Part shown: one piece after another, positions 10,108 through 17,692 of the stretch | Layout of the letters: the number at the start of each line of letters is the position of its first letter | Numbering within the stretch: position 1 is the stretch's first letter | From: an uncultured Actinomycetes bacterium | Lineage (GTDB): Bacteria; Actinomycetota; Thermoleophilia; RBG-16-64-13 | DNA: 64,000 nt | Direction of reading: 5' to 3' | Assembly: GCA_963706025.1 (NCBI GenBank) | Contig: CAVPLM010000003.1 | Location: 817,970 to 881,969 of the forward strand | Position numbers and translations under genes: made by a program | Notes under the pieces: model-generated | What the model was told of the DNA's origin: nothing | The model's input: the letters and a program-made list of their open reading frames with translations, nothing else | Databases searched by the model: none

Positions 10108-11127
10108 CTACGAGCCCATCCCCAGCGAGGCGGCCGTCTCCCAGTAGAGGCGGTTCTTCTCGGCGTCGTCCATCGGCTGACGGGCAAGGAAGTCCATGCA
10201 GACGGGCATATCCTCGAACGGATAGTCGGTGCCCAGAACCATCCTCTCCGTGCCCAGGGCGTCGCGCGTACAGGCGAAGGCCTGGGGAGAGTAGTTGCCG
10301 CTGGTGGACGAGACGACGTTGTCTCGGAGGTAATCGCTCGGCATCCGCTTCAGCTTGGGCGCCACAGCCGGTTCGACCGGCACGTGCCCCTGGACGTAGG
10401 GGCGGTCCACTCGGTCCAGCATGAACGGGAACCCCTCGCCGAGATGGCCGAGGATGATCTTGAGCCTTGGGAAGGTGTCGAAGACCCCGGCGACGATCAT
10501 CCGCATCACCACCATGGACGTCTCCATCCCGAACCCGAAGCTGGGCCCGGCCACTCCCAATCCATAGGTGGCCAACTGGGCCACGATGGGATAGCTGGGG
10601 TGGATGTAGATGGGAATGTTCAGCTCTTCCGCCTTGGCCAAGAGGGGCCAGTACCGTTTCTCGTCCAGGAAGGAATCCCCGAAGTTGGAGTGCGTGTTCC
10701 AGCCCTTGAACCCCAGCTCCTTGACGCTGCGCTCCAGCTCTTTGGTCGCCGAGTCCACGTCTTTGGGGGCGAGCGTAGCGTATCCCTGGAAACGATCGGG
10801 AAAGCGGTCGACGGCTTCGGCCAGAGTGTCGTTGGTCTCCTGGGCCACCCGGGTGCCCACGGCCGGGGGAAAGGGCTCGGTCCCCGGAGCGGCGAGCGAG
10901 AGCACGGCCACGTCGATGCCGGCTTCATCGAGCAGCTTGATGCGTCCTTCGCCCAGATCCAGGAGCCGGTCCAGCGGGCGGTAGGGCATGTTGACTCCTG
11001 GGACTGGATACAGCCGGTATTTCGTGTCCGGATCGTCCGTGAGCCGGGGGTAGTAGTCGTTGACCTGGAGCGCGCGTACCCAGGATTCGGACGCGAAATG
11101 GTTCTCGAGGTCGATCTTGCGGATCAC
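10108..11127 (-). CDS. Amidohydrolase-2 family protein, 2,3-dihydroxybenzoate/gamma-resorcylate/LigW-type non-oxidative decarboxylase-like
   Basis: Motifs IDLENH (ExH), PIYIHP, IILGHLGEGFPF, STSGN and GTDYPFE. Confidence 0.8.
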   Translation of the reverse strand: MIRKIDLENHFASESWVRALQVNDYYPRLTDDPDTKYRLYPVPGVNMPYRPLDRLLDLGEGRIKLLDEAGIDVAVLSLAAPGTEPFPPAVGTRVAQETNDTLAEAVDRFPDRFQGYATLAPKDVDSATKELERSVKELGFKGWNTHSNFGDSFLDEKRYWPLLAKAEELNIPIYIHPSYPIVAQLATYGLGVAGPSFGFGMETSMVVMRMIVAGVFDTFPRLKIILGHLGEGFPFMLDRVDRPYVQGHVPVEPAVAPKLKRMPSDYLRDNVVSSTSGNYSPQAFACTRDALGTERMVLGTDYPFEDMPVCMDFLARQPMDDAEKNRLYWETAASLGMGS

Positions 11128-11373
11128 GTCGGCTCCTTTCGGTGAGGGGCTACCTCATCGGGTGGACTCGCTATTGTCGGGTTACCACCATAGATTCACG
11201 CGGCCTGAACCGCAAGTCGGGGCGGGCGTTGGTCGGCAGCGGGGTGACGATGCGCGGCGGGGCGGCGGCGGGCCCGCCGCGGGCCCATTTTCCCGTAGCG
11301 TTGGAACCTTGGAACGACGTGCGCTCCGGGTGCGGACCCGCACGTCCGTTGCGGCCGCTACGTTTCGATCCGC

Positions 11374-12465
11374 CTAGTCCGTCTCCGGCTCCAGCCGGCC
11401 CGTGGGGGGCAGGTACGGGCGCGGGGTCTGACTCTGACGCCAAGTCGGGTCGGGGCGCGGCACCGGATCGGGGCGCGGTACCGGATGACGTCGGGTGTCC
11501 CGTTCGGCGCGGCGCTGCGCACGTGCCTCCCAAACCAATTGCTGACCGCCGAGGGGCTGGGCCTGTTCCGCCGCGCGAGCGGCGCGCACCTTCTTCCGGC
11601 TACGCCTGAGCAGATTGCGGTAGTAGTTGAAGTGCCAGCTCACATGGAAGATGGAGATGAGCGTCATCGCTACCCCTGCCTCCACATGCCAGAACAGGAG
11701 GTCGAAGGGGATGGTGAAGGGCAATTCGTAATCGAGCTGGATCGTAAGGATCAACCCGAAGATGCCCGTGATCAAGAAAGTGGCCAGAAGAAGCACGTTC
11801 CAGATCTTGCGGTGGGTGGTGACCTTGATCCTCTTGGTCTTGTGAAGGACGAAGCTGGCCGCGTAGATCAGGAAGAATCCGATGGCGATGGGGCTCACGT
11901 TGTAGCCGGTGAAGAGCGAGACCCCACCGGAGTCTTCGGCGCCGGTGGCGGAGACCGTGGCGACCGAGTCGCCTGACGCGCCCGTAGCTGTCGCGGAGCT
12001 GTCGCTCGGACCGCCGGATGACGGAGTGGTGGTCGAGGTGGTCGCGGAGCCGCTGGCGGCAGCCAGGGCGACGGCTCCGGCTGCGGTCTCGACCGAGACG
12101 AGCGAGCCGATGCTGAGGCAGGCGCCGCAGCCGGCGCAAGGGCCCAGAGGACAGTCACCGGTCGGCGGTTCTCCAGAGGTGGTGGTTGTCACCGCCAGGG
12201 TCGTGGTAGTCGTTTCGGACTTGGGTGCCGTGGTGGTGGTCGTGGTCGACTCGACCGGCTCGGACTGGGAGAGATCGCAGATGTCGTCGCCGTCGGTGTC
12301 GACGTACCGGCTGCATGCTCCCGGGTAGGGATCGTTTACCAGCCCTTTGGGGCAGTTATCCCAGGCTAGAGCTTGGGAGGGAAAGGCCAATCCGAACGAT
12401 ATGCCAAAAGTCGCCAGGGAGGCGACCAGAGCGAATGTTGCCACTCTCTTCTTGACAGTTGCCAT
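11374..12465 (-). CDS. Membrane protein with an exported Cys-rich domain and a C-terminal DUF4405 (cytochrome b-like) domain
   Basis: Signal peptide; CPKGLVNDPYPGACSRYVDTDGDDICDLS and CPLGPCAGCGAC; Thr/Ser linkers; 3 TM with HRKIWN..WHVEAG..FHVSWH. Confidence 0.75.
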   Translation of the reverse strand: MATVKKRVATFALVASLATFGISFGLAFPSQALAWDNCPKGLVNDPYPGACSRYVDTDGDDICDLSQSEPVESTTTTTTAPKSETTTTTLAVTTTTSGEPPTGDCPLGPCAGCGACLSIGSLVSVETAAGAVALAAASGSATTSTTTPSSGGPSDSSATATGASGDSVATVSATGAEDSGGVSLFTGYNVSPIAIGFFLIYAASFVLHKTKRIKVTTHRKIWNVLLLATFLITGIFGLILTIQLDYELPFTIPFDLLFWHVEAGVAMTLISIFHVSWHFNYYRNLLRRSRKKVRAARAAEQAQPLGGQQLVWEARAQRRAERDTRRHPVPRPDPVPRPDPTWRQSQTPRPYLPPTGRLEPETD

Positions 12466-12555
12466 CGCACCATACCTTTGTTGGGGGCTGACCGCCGGCC
12501 GGCTCGGTGCTGCGGGGTCGTGCGTCCGACGATGCACCCTGGTTCGACCTGACTG

Positions 12556-12576
12556 CAGTGTACCCACGGGGGTATA
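12556..12576 (-). promoter_or_regulatory. CsoR/RcnR-type operator overlapping the -10 element of the DUF4405 gene
   Basis: TACCC-ACGG-GGGTA (12561-12574); the minus-strand -10 TACACT overlaps it. Confidence 0.6.
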
Positions 12577-12662
12577 AAGCATTCATAAATCCTGGATTAC
12601 AGTTTCGTAGTCCGGCTTGCCGGCCTGTCGGACACGGCGCCCGGGAAGCCGTGCCCCGCGCG

Positions 12663-12691
12663 TTGACACCCACCGGGGCTGGGGCTACAAT
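12663..12691 (+). promoter_or_regulatory. Sigma-70/sigA promoter of tRNA-Lys
   Basis: TTGACA-N17-TACAAT, 13 nt upstream of the tRNA. Confidence 0.85.
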
Positions 12692-12704
12692 CGTCCCTCC
12701 ATAC

Positions 12705-12777
12705 GGGCCGTTAGCTCAGTTGGTAGAGCACCGGACTTTTAATCCGAGGGTCGCTGGTTCGAGTCCAGCACGGCTCA
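12705..12777 (+). tRNA. tRNA-Lys (UUU), CCA not encoded
   Basis: GGGCCGTTAGCTCAGTTGGTAGAGC-ACCGGA-CTTTTAA-TCCGA-GGGTC-GCTGG-TTCGAGT-CCAGC-ACGGCTCA. Confidence 0.96.
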
Positions 12778-12785
12778 TTCTCTAT

Positions 12786-12810
12786 GGCCCCGTTTTGCGG
12801 GGCTTTCTTG
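12786..12810 (+). terminator. Intrinsic terminator after tRNA-Lys
   Basis: Hairpin ggccccg-ttttg-cggggct followed by tttctt. Confidence 0.7.
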
Positions 12811-12940
12811 TGTGGCTGAGTGGGCCCAGGGATGCTCTGAAGCCGGAGCCGGCCCGGAAGTTCACGGAATGTACACGCCGCAGATGGTCGCGGCTTGTCT
12901 AGGCTGGTCCCAACTGGTCGTTGATGGAGGTTTGGCGCAA

Positions 12941-13210
12941 GTGAGCACCCTGATCTACATCATCTACGCCGTAGCTGTGGTCTACAGCTTGCTCATCTTC
13001 GCCCGGGTGGTGCTGTCCTGGTTTCCGGCACGCCCAGGCAGCCAGGTCTTCCTGATCAAAGGCGCGCTCTTCACGCTCACGGAACCATACCTCGGCTTGT
13101 TCCGCCGGTTGCTTCCTGTGGCACGCATCGGTTCCGTCGGCCTCGACCTGAGCGTCCTGGTGGGCCTGGTCATTCTCTTCATTGTCATTCAGGTGCTGGC
13201 CCGACTCTAG
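12941..13210 (+). CDS. YggT-family membrane protein
   Basis: Motifs LIFARVVLSWFP, LTEPYLGLFRRLLP and LDLSVLV; GGAGG upstream. Confidence 0.85.
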   Translation: MSTLIYIIYAVAVVYSLLIFARVVLSWFPARPGSQVFLIKGALFTLTEPYLGLFRRLLPVARIGSVGLDLSVLVGLVILFIVIQVLARL

Positions 13211-13894
13211 ATCTACAGTACTAGAGCTTGGCGTGGTAGAAGAGGTGAGCTGGTGGCGTGAACCCCCCACGATGTTTGCGTAGCGAGCGTCACTGGTTCA
13301 AATCCACTGTGGAGCATATGGAGGCCTGGGAGTCCTCAACCGAGGACTCCTTTGGCGTCTTTCCTCGGCAGAACAGCCGTTCACCATCACGGCTGCACTA
13401 GAATGGGCCCGCGAGCGCTTTCCCAGCAGACATCTACGGGCGCGCTGACGTCCAGCTTGCCGGCGTCTCCTTCCCTTCTAGTTTCACGACCTCGACCACT
13501 AGCAGCCCCGTTCCGCGGACTGTTTGCAGGCAACTGTGACCTGTCAAGCCATGGGTGCTCGCGTGACCGTCGGAGGAGAGATCCTCATGCGCGATCAACT
13601 GGAGGATATTTCTGGTGGGTGTAACAAAACGGCGAACGCCGGGCTCGGGCTTGGTTGCTACTTGGTGGTTTGGCTGACCCGTGCAAAGATGAGGGGTCGG
13701 CGTATCAGTGACTGAGTCGTTACGGCGTTAGGCGTGCGTGTCGCAAGACTGCACGAGTCTGTGATACGCACGCGTCTGTTCGGTTGTCCTCTACATAAGT
13801 CAATGGTCCACGGATCTGCTGGGAGGTGGTCCGGTCCATGTGTAGCCGTTCTCGGCGCGTTAGCTGCGAAGCTTGGTTGGCGGCATGTTTCTGA

Positions 13895-14084
13895 TTGACG
13901 GAGAGGAAAACCGAACTATACTCAAGAAGCCGGGAGCGTAGCACCGTGAGATTGAGCAGTGAGGAGAGGAGGCTATAGCCTCACCGCTCTGCGGCCCTAC
14001 CTGGTGATGACACTCCTCCCGGATCGCAAGCCGATCGTCGTGCTCGAAGCTCTCGCCCTTTACGCTGGAAAAGGAGTGTAGACG
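13895..14084 (+). promoter_or_regulatory. Promoter plus a structured ~155-nt 5' leader of the HAD/sulfatase operon (candidate cis-regulatory RNA)
   Basis: TTGACG-N16-TATACT; stems ccgggag/ctcccgg and gagcagtgagg/cctcaccgctc; anti-SD acactcct (14010-14017) is complementary to SD aggagtgt (14072-14079). Confidence 0.5.
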
Positions 14085-14963
14085 ATGAAGGAGTCCACGA
14101 CTCTGCCGAACTGGAACGACGGGCCTGTGAAGACCGCCATCCTCGAGTTCGTGCGCTCGGTGACCACGCGGGGGACCACGTTCGTCTCTCCGGCCGAGCG
14201 CATCGCCGTCTTCGACAACGACGGCACGCTCTGGTGCGAGCAGCCCATGTACATCCAGGCGGACTTTGTCTTTCGTCGCTTCAAAGAGATGGTCCGGCAG
14301 GATCCCGAGCGGGCCAGGGAGCAGCCCTACAAGGCGGTCGTGGAGGGCGACACCGAGTGGCTCAGGGACATCTACGCACACGTCCCGGAAGTGCTCAAAG
14401 GGGTGACCGAAGCGTTCGCGGGGATTACTACCGAAGCTTTTGATGCAGCCGTACGGGAGTTCTTCGCGTCGGCCACTCACCCGACGCTCGGTGTGCCTTA
14501 TACGCAGGTCGCTTACCGGCCCATGCGTGAACTGATCGAGCTTCTGAAGGCGAACGACTTTCAGGTCTATATCTGCTCGGCAGGGGGCCGCGACTTCGTG
14601 CGCGCCGTCTGCGAGGAGGTCTACGGGCTGCCTCGAGACCACGTGATCGGATCAGCCACCACCCTGGAGTACCGGGACGGCGATCTCTACCGCACGGTCG
14701 GCGTGGAACAGCCCATCGACGATGGACCGGGGAAGGTCATCCACATCTGGGCCCGTACCGGCCGTAAGCCGCTGCTTGCCGGAGGCAACGCCGATGGCGA
14801 CGCGGAGATGCTCGAGTCTGCCCGCTTCGCGCTCCTCGTGCATCACGACGACGCCAGGCGGGAGTTCGCCTACGACGCGGGCGCCGAGAGGGTGCTGGCG
14901 GAGGCCAAGGAGCGCGGTTGGACGGTGATCAGCGTGAAAGAGGACTTCGCGACGGTCTTCTGA
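14085..14963 (+). CDS. HAD-superfamily hydrolase (sulfatase-associated, PchP/acid phosphatase-like)
   Basis: Motifs AVFDNDGTLW, ICSAGG and GGNADGD. Confidence 0.88.
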   Translation: MKESTTLPNWNDGPVKTAILEFVRSVTTRGTTFVSPAERIAVFDNDGTLWCEQPMYIQADFVFRRFKEMVRQDPERAREQPYKAVVEGDTEWLRDIYAHVPEVLKGVTEAFAGITTEAFDAAVREFFASATHPTLGVPYTQVAYRPMRELIELLKANDFQVYICSAGGRDFVRAVCEEVYGLPRDHVIGSATTLEYRDGDLYRTVGVEQPIDDGPGKVIHIWARTGRKPLLAGGNADGDAEMLESARFALLVHHDDARREFAYDAGAERVLAEAKERGWTVISVKEDFATVF

Positions 14964-15006
14964 GTAATACGGGGCTCGGACACGCGACCGAAAGAGGTGA
15001 TCAGGT

Positions 15007-17364
15007 ATGGCCAAACCATTCAAGGGTGTCATCAACATCGACGTGCGCGATTCGATACCGGACTGGGCGCCGTTCGAAACGTCAAGGGCTCCCGACGGCG
15101 CCCCCAACGTCGTTTGCATCGTACTCGACGACGTCGGCTTCTCGGCGATGAGCTGTTATGGAGGGGCGATTGAGACGCCCAACATCGACAGGATCGCGGC
15201 CGAGGGCCTTCGGTACACGCAGTGGCACACCACGGCGCTCTGCTCGCCCACCCGCTCGTGCCTACTCACCGGCCGCAACCACAGCCGCAACAGTATGGCC
15301 TGCATCACCGAGGGCGCCATCGGCTTCCCGAACGCCAGTGGCACTATTCCCCCCGAGAACGGCATGCTCTCCGAGATCCTCGGCGAGATGGGCTGGAACA
15401 CCTACATGGTCGGCAAGTGGCACCTGTGCCCGACGCATGAGATGAACCTGGCCGCGTCGCGGCGCAACTGGCCGAGCGGCCGCGGCTTCGAACGCTGGTA
15501 TGGGTTCCTGGGGGCAGAGACCAACCAGTGGTATCCCGACCTCGTCTACGACAACCACCCGGTGGACCAGCCGAAGTCGCCGGAGGAGGGCTATCACCTC
15601 ACCGAAGACATCACGGACAAGGCGCTCGAGTTCATCAGGGACGCCAAGTGTATAGCGCCCGAGAAGCCGTTCTTCCTCTACTATGCGCCGGGTGCCTGCC
15701 ACGCGCCGCACCACGCGCCGAACGAGTGGATCGAGAAGTTCAAGGGGCGCTTTGACGCGGGTTACGAGGCGATGCGCCACGAGACGCTGGCCCGGCAGAA
15801 GCAGATGGGCCTGGTCCCGCCCGACACCGGGCTGCCACCGGTGAACCCTATCGGCACCCCGGCCACGCTGAAGGGGCCGAAGGGGCAGCCCCTCGTGCCC
15901 TACGACGAGACCAAGCCGTGGGACACGCTGTCGGATGGCGAAAAGCGGCTCTTCTCGCGGATGGCTGAGGTCTACGCCGGCTTCCTGGCCCACACCGACT
16001 ACCACATCGGGAGACTACTCGACTACTTGGAAGAGACCGAGCTACGCGAGAACACGATCGTGATCGTGGTCTCCGACAACGGTGCCAGCGGCGAGGGCGG
16101 TCCCGTCGGATCGGTGAACGAGTGCCTGCTCTTCAATGGCATGCCCGACAATCTCGAGGTCAACCTGGCGATGCTGGACGAGTTGGGCGGCACCAGGACC
16201 TACGGCCACTACCCCAACGGCTGGGCGATGGCCTTCAACACGCCGTTCAAGTTGTGGAAGCGCTACAACTTCAATGGAGGCACGGCCGACCCTTGCATCA
16301 TCTCGTGGCCGGCCGGGATGAGGGCGAGGGGCGAGATTAGGGACCAGTACCATCACGCGATCGACATCGTGCCGACGGTGCTCGACTGCCTCGGCATCGA
16401 AGCTCCGGAGACCATCAAGGGCCACGTACAAAGCCACTTCGACGGCGTCAGCATGCGGCATAGCTTCGACGATGCCGCTGCCGAGGGGGCGCGCAAGACC
16501 CAGTTCTACTCGATGCTGGGTCAGCGGGCTATCTGGCACGAGGGCTGGAAGGCAGTTACGACCCATCCGCCGCTTAGTGGCTGGAGTGAGTTCAACGCGG
16601 ACAACTGGGAGCTCTACCACACTGACGTCGACCGCGCCGAACTGAACAACCTCGCTGCCGAGATGCCCGACAAGGTGCGCGAGCTCGTAAACCTTTGGTT
16701 CGCCGAGGCCGGCCGGAACGGCGCATTCCCGCTCGACGACCGCGTCTTGCTCGAGGTCGCGCTCACGGAGCGGCCGCAGCTCTCGGCACCCCGCGAGAAG
16801 TACGTGTACTATCCGGACACCGCCGAGGTCCCCGAGAAGCAGTCCGTCAACATCCGTAACCGATCCTACTCTCTCGGCGCGCTTGTCGACATCCCGGCGC
16901 CAGGTGCGCAAGGAGTGCTGTTCGCCCACGGCGCGCGTTTTGGCGGACACTCCCTTTACGTCAAGGACAACCGCCTGCACTACGTCTACAGCTTCGTCGG
17001 GGTGATGGAACAGAAGATCGACGCTACCGAGGACATCCCCACTGGCGAGAACCTTGTCCTGGCGGCCTCTTTCGAGAAGGACGGCGAGGATCCGCCCGGC
17101 GTCGCTACCGGCATCCTGTCGCTGTACCACGGCGACAAGAAGGTGGGTGAGGGGCGGATCAAGACCCAGCCCGGGGAGTTCTCGATCGCGGGCGAAGGGC
17201 TCTGCGTCGGGCGGGACAGCGGCTGCCCCGTCACCGGCGACTACCCCGGCGAGCACCCATACCGGTTTACCGGCGGAGTGATCAAGCAAGTGAGAGTCAA
17301 CGTTAGCGGCAAGCCCTACCTCAACCTGGAGCGCGAGGCCGTGGCCATGATGATGCGCGAGTGA
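15007..17364 (+). CDS. Arylsulfatase (Cys-type, AtsA/AtsD-like) with a C-terminal LamG-like domain
   Basis: LDDVGF, the sulfatase motif CSPTRSCLLTGR, VGKWHL and SDNG. Confidence 0.93.
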   Translation: MAKPFKGVINIDVRDSIPDWAPFETSRAPDGAPNVVCIVLDDVGFSAMSCYGGAIETPNIDRIAAEGLRYTQWHTTALCSPTRSCLLTGRNHSRNSMACITEGAIGFPNASGTIPPENGMLSEILGEMGWNTYMVGKWHLCPTHEMNLAASRRNWPSGRGFERWYGFLGAETNQWYPDLVYDNHPVDQPKSPEEGYHLTEDITDKALEFIRDAKCIAPEKPFFLYYAPGACHAPHHAPNEWIEKFKGRFDAGYEAMRHETLARQKQMGLVPPDTGLPPVNPIGTPATLKGPKGQPLVPYDETKPWDTLSDGEKRLFSRMAEVYAGFLAHTDYHIGRLLDYLEETELRENTIVIVVSDNGASGEGGPVGSVNECLLFNGMPDNLEVNLAMLDELGGTRTYGHYPNGWAMAFNTPFKLWKRYNFNGGTADPCIISWPAGMRARGEIRDQYHHAIDIVPTVLDCLGIEAPETIKGHVQSHFDGVSMRHSFDDAAAEGARKTQFYSMLGQRAIWHEGWKAVTTHPPLSGWSEFNADNWELYHTDVDRAELNNLAAEMPDKVRELVNLWFAEAGRNGAFPLDDRVLLEVALTERPQLSAPREKYVYYPDTAEVPEKQSVNIRNRSYSLGALVDIPAPGAQGVLFAHGARFGGHSLYVKDNRLHYVYSFVGVMEQKIDATEDIPTGENLVLAASFEKDGEDPPGVATGILSLYHGDKKVGEGRIKTQPGEFSIAGEGLCVGRDSGCPVTGDYPGEHPYRFTGGVIKQVRVNVSGKPYLNLEREAVAMMMRE

Positions 17365-17481
17365 ACCCCCGCGAGAAACTGCATTGCCTCGTTGGTTTCC
17401 TCGTAGGAATGCCAAAGCGACAAAACGCGAGGGCGCCATGAGGCTGCAGCGACTGCCGCACTGTGCCGTGGGTGAGGCTAT

Positions 17482-17667
17482 GCGCACATAGGCGTGTCGG
17501 AGCTCACGAAAGAATACCCTTACTGGGCACACATCACGGGTGACACCCGGACGGCTATTTTCGAGGTGGGCGACGCGGTTATCCACGACCGGGGCCGTTT
17601 GAGCGTTCTGGACCACTTCGCGGTGAGAGCGCTCGCGGACGAGTATCCCGGACGGCCGCGGGTGTGA
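17482..17667 (+). pseudogene. 3' relic of an M29/NicX-fold gene (paralog of 24901-26077)
   Basis: It translates as AHIGVSELTKEYPYWAHITGDTRTAIFEVGDAVIHDRGRLSVLDHFAVRALADEYPGRP, which matches HIGAPDWTPSYKYWMHCTGDLRTASLRVGDKLVWDKGHLTALDSPAVKAVAAKYPDRP. Confidence 0.75.
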
Positions 17668-17692
17668 GCAGCGAGCGGAGATGCTTGGAGCG

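Noticed and set aside
11445-11487. 18-bp tandem repeat encoding PVPRPD twice
   Set aside because: A short slippage duplication in a disordered C-terminal tail.
12778-14000. Intact integrative element at tRNA-Lys
   Set aside because: I found no integrase gene and no exact duplication of the tRNA 3' end in the window.
13930-14022. Assigning the leader to the fluoride or yybP-ykoY riboswitch class
   Set aside because: Only short partial resemblances (tgatgac, ggag.gtagc); the other required consensus elements are not seen.
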